Shown here in pieces: positions 55,788 through 56,552 of a stretch of DNA of 56,552 bases. Each line of letters opens with the position of its first letter. Position 1 is the first letter of the stretch. This DNA comes from Octopus sinensis (Eukaryota). Below the pieces are notes generated by a model. The model did not search any database and was not told the DNA's origin. It saw only the letters and a program-made list of their open reading frames with translations. The stretch is taken from positions 1 to 56,552 of the forward strand of contig NW_021833660.1 of assembly GCF_006345805.1 (NCBI RefSeq). Reading direction: 5' to 3'. The translations under genes and the position numbers were made by a program.

Positions 55788-56552
55788 CTATATGTTTATA
55801 TGTATAATAATAGGTATATATATATACATACATACATACACACACATACATATATATATATATATGAATATGTACGTGTGGGTGGGTGTGAAAGTTTACT
55901 TGTGCTTGTCGTTACTACTACGGCGTTGGTTTGTTTACATTATCGAAACCTAGCAGTTCAGTAAAAGAGCCTGAATGAATAAACGTGAGACTTAAAAAAG
56001 ATTAAGTACTGGAATTGATTTGTTCGAATAAAGTCATTCAAGGCGATGCACCAGCATAACCGCAGTCCAATCACTAAAACGAGAAAAAAAATGTACGTGC
56101 ACACACACAAATGCGCACGCGCGCACACATACACACACATAGATATTTGCATACACAGACACAAACATTTTTATATATACACATTCTTACACATTTTTAT
56201 ATAGACACATATTTTTAGTAACATAGCTACACGTTATTACATAGATGCATATATACATATTTTTACATACATACACATATATGTAAAAGAAATTACCTAG
56301 AATGCTTCTACCTGGTCAGAAGATTTTCTAAAAATAGCAGAGACAGTTTCTTAACTTAGACCTTGCCGGAATAACATATTTGACAATGTGGTCCTCGATA
56401 TAAAAAAATCAGGTGAAAGAGTCAAAGTTGGAATGTCTTTGAATATAGCTATATGTATCCAGGCCCGAGTTTAGCTTTAAAAATGGATAAATAAAAACTA
56501 GAGGCTTTTATGTGGATCTTTCATTGTGTAAAAGTGTAACTATGTATTGCTA

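Overview
AT-rich eukaryotic non-coding DNA, saturated with microsatellites and transposon relics. The tRNA-derived SINE families look like those of Octopus; that assignment is my recollection of the repeats, not a database result. I found no supportable host protein-coding gene, and nearly all ORFs in the supplied track are translations of microsatellites. Recognisable elements are a full-length decayed mariner, further Tc1/mariner/maT remnants, a piggyBac-like MITE, non-autonomous Helitrons, a probable Chapaev3-type transposase, fragments of four LINE types and many SINEs. The main hidden signal is a set of minimal type-I hammerhead ribozyme (HHR) motifs in at least five unrelated Penelope-like element (PLE) termini. 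Two have an intact core, one at 18415-18478 (mirrored in a 425-bp near-perfect palindrome) and one at 11538-11572. Another has a compensatory U3-A8 core (21362-21404, minus). Several single-substitution or CpG-decayed copies are also present. They sit in pseudo-LTR or inverted-tail structures inserted in (TA)n tracts, clustered at 17.6-24.2 kb. All folds were done by eye, and self-cleavage is untested.
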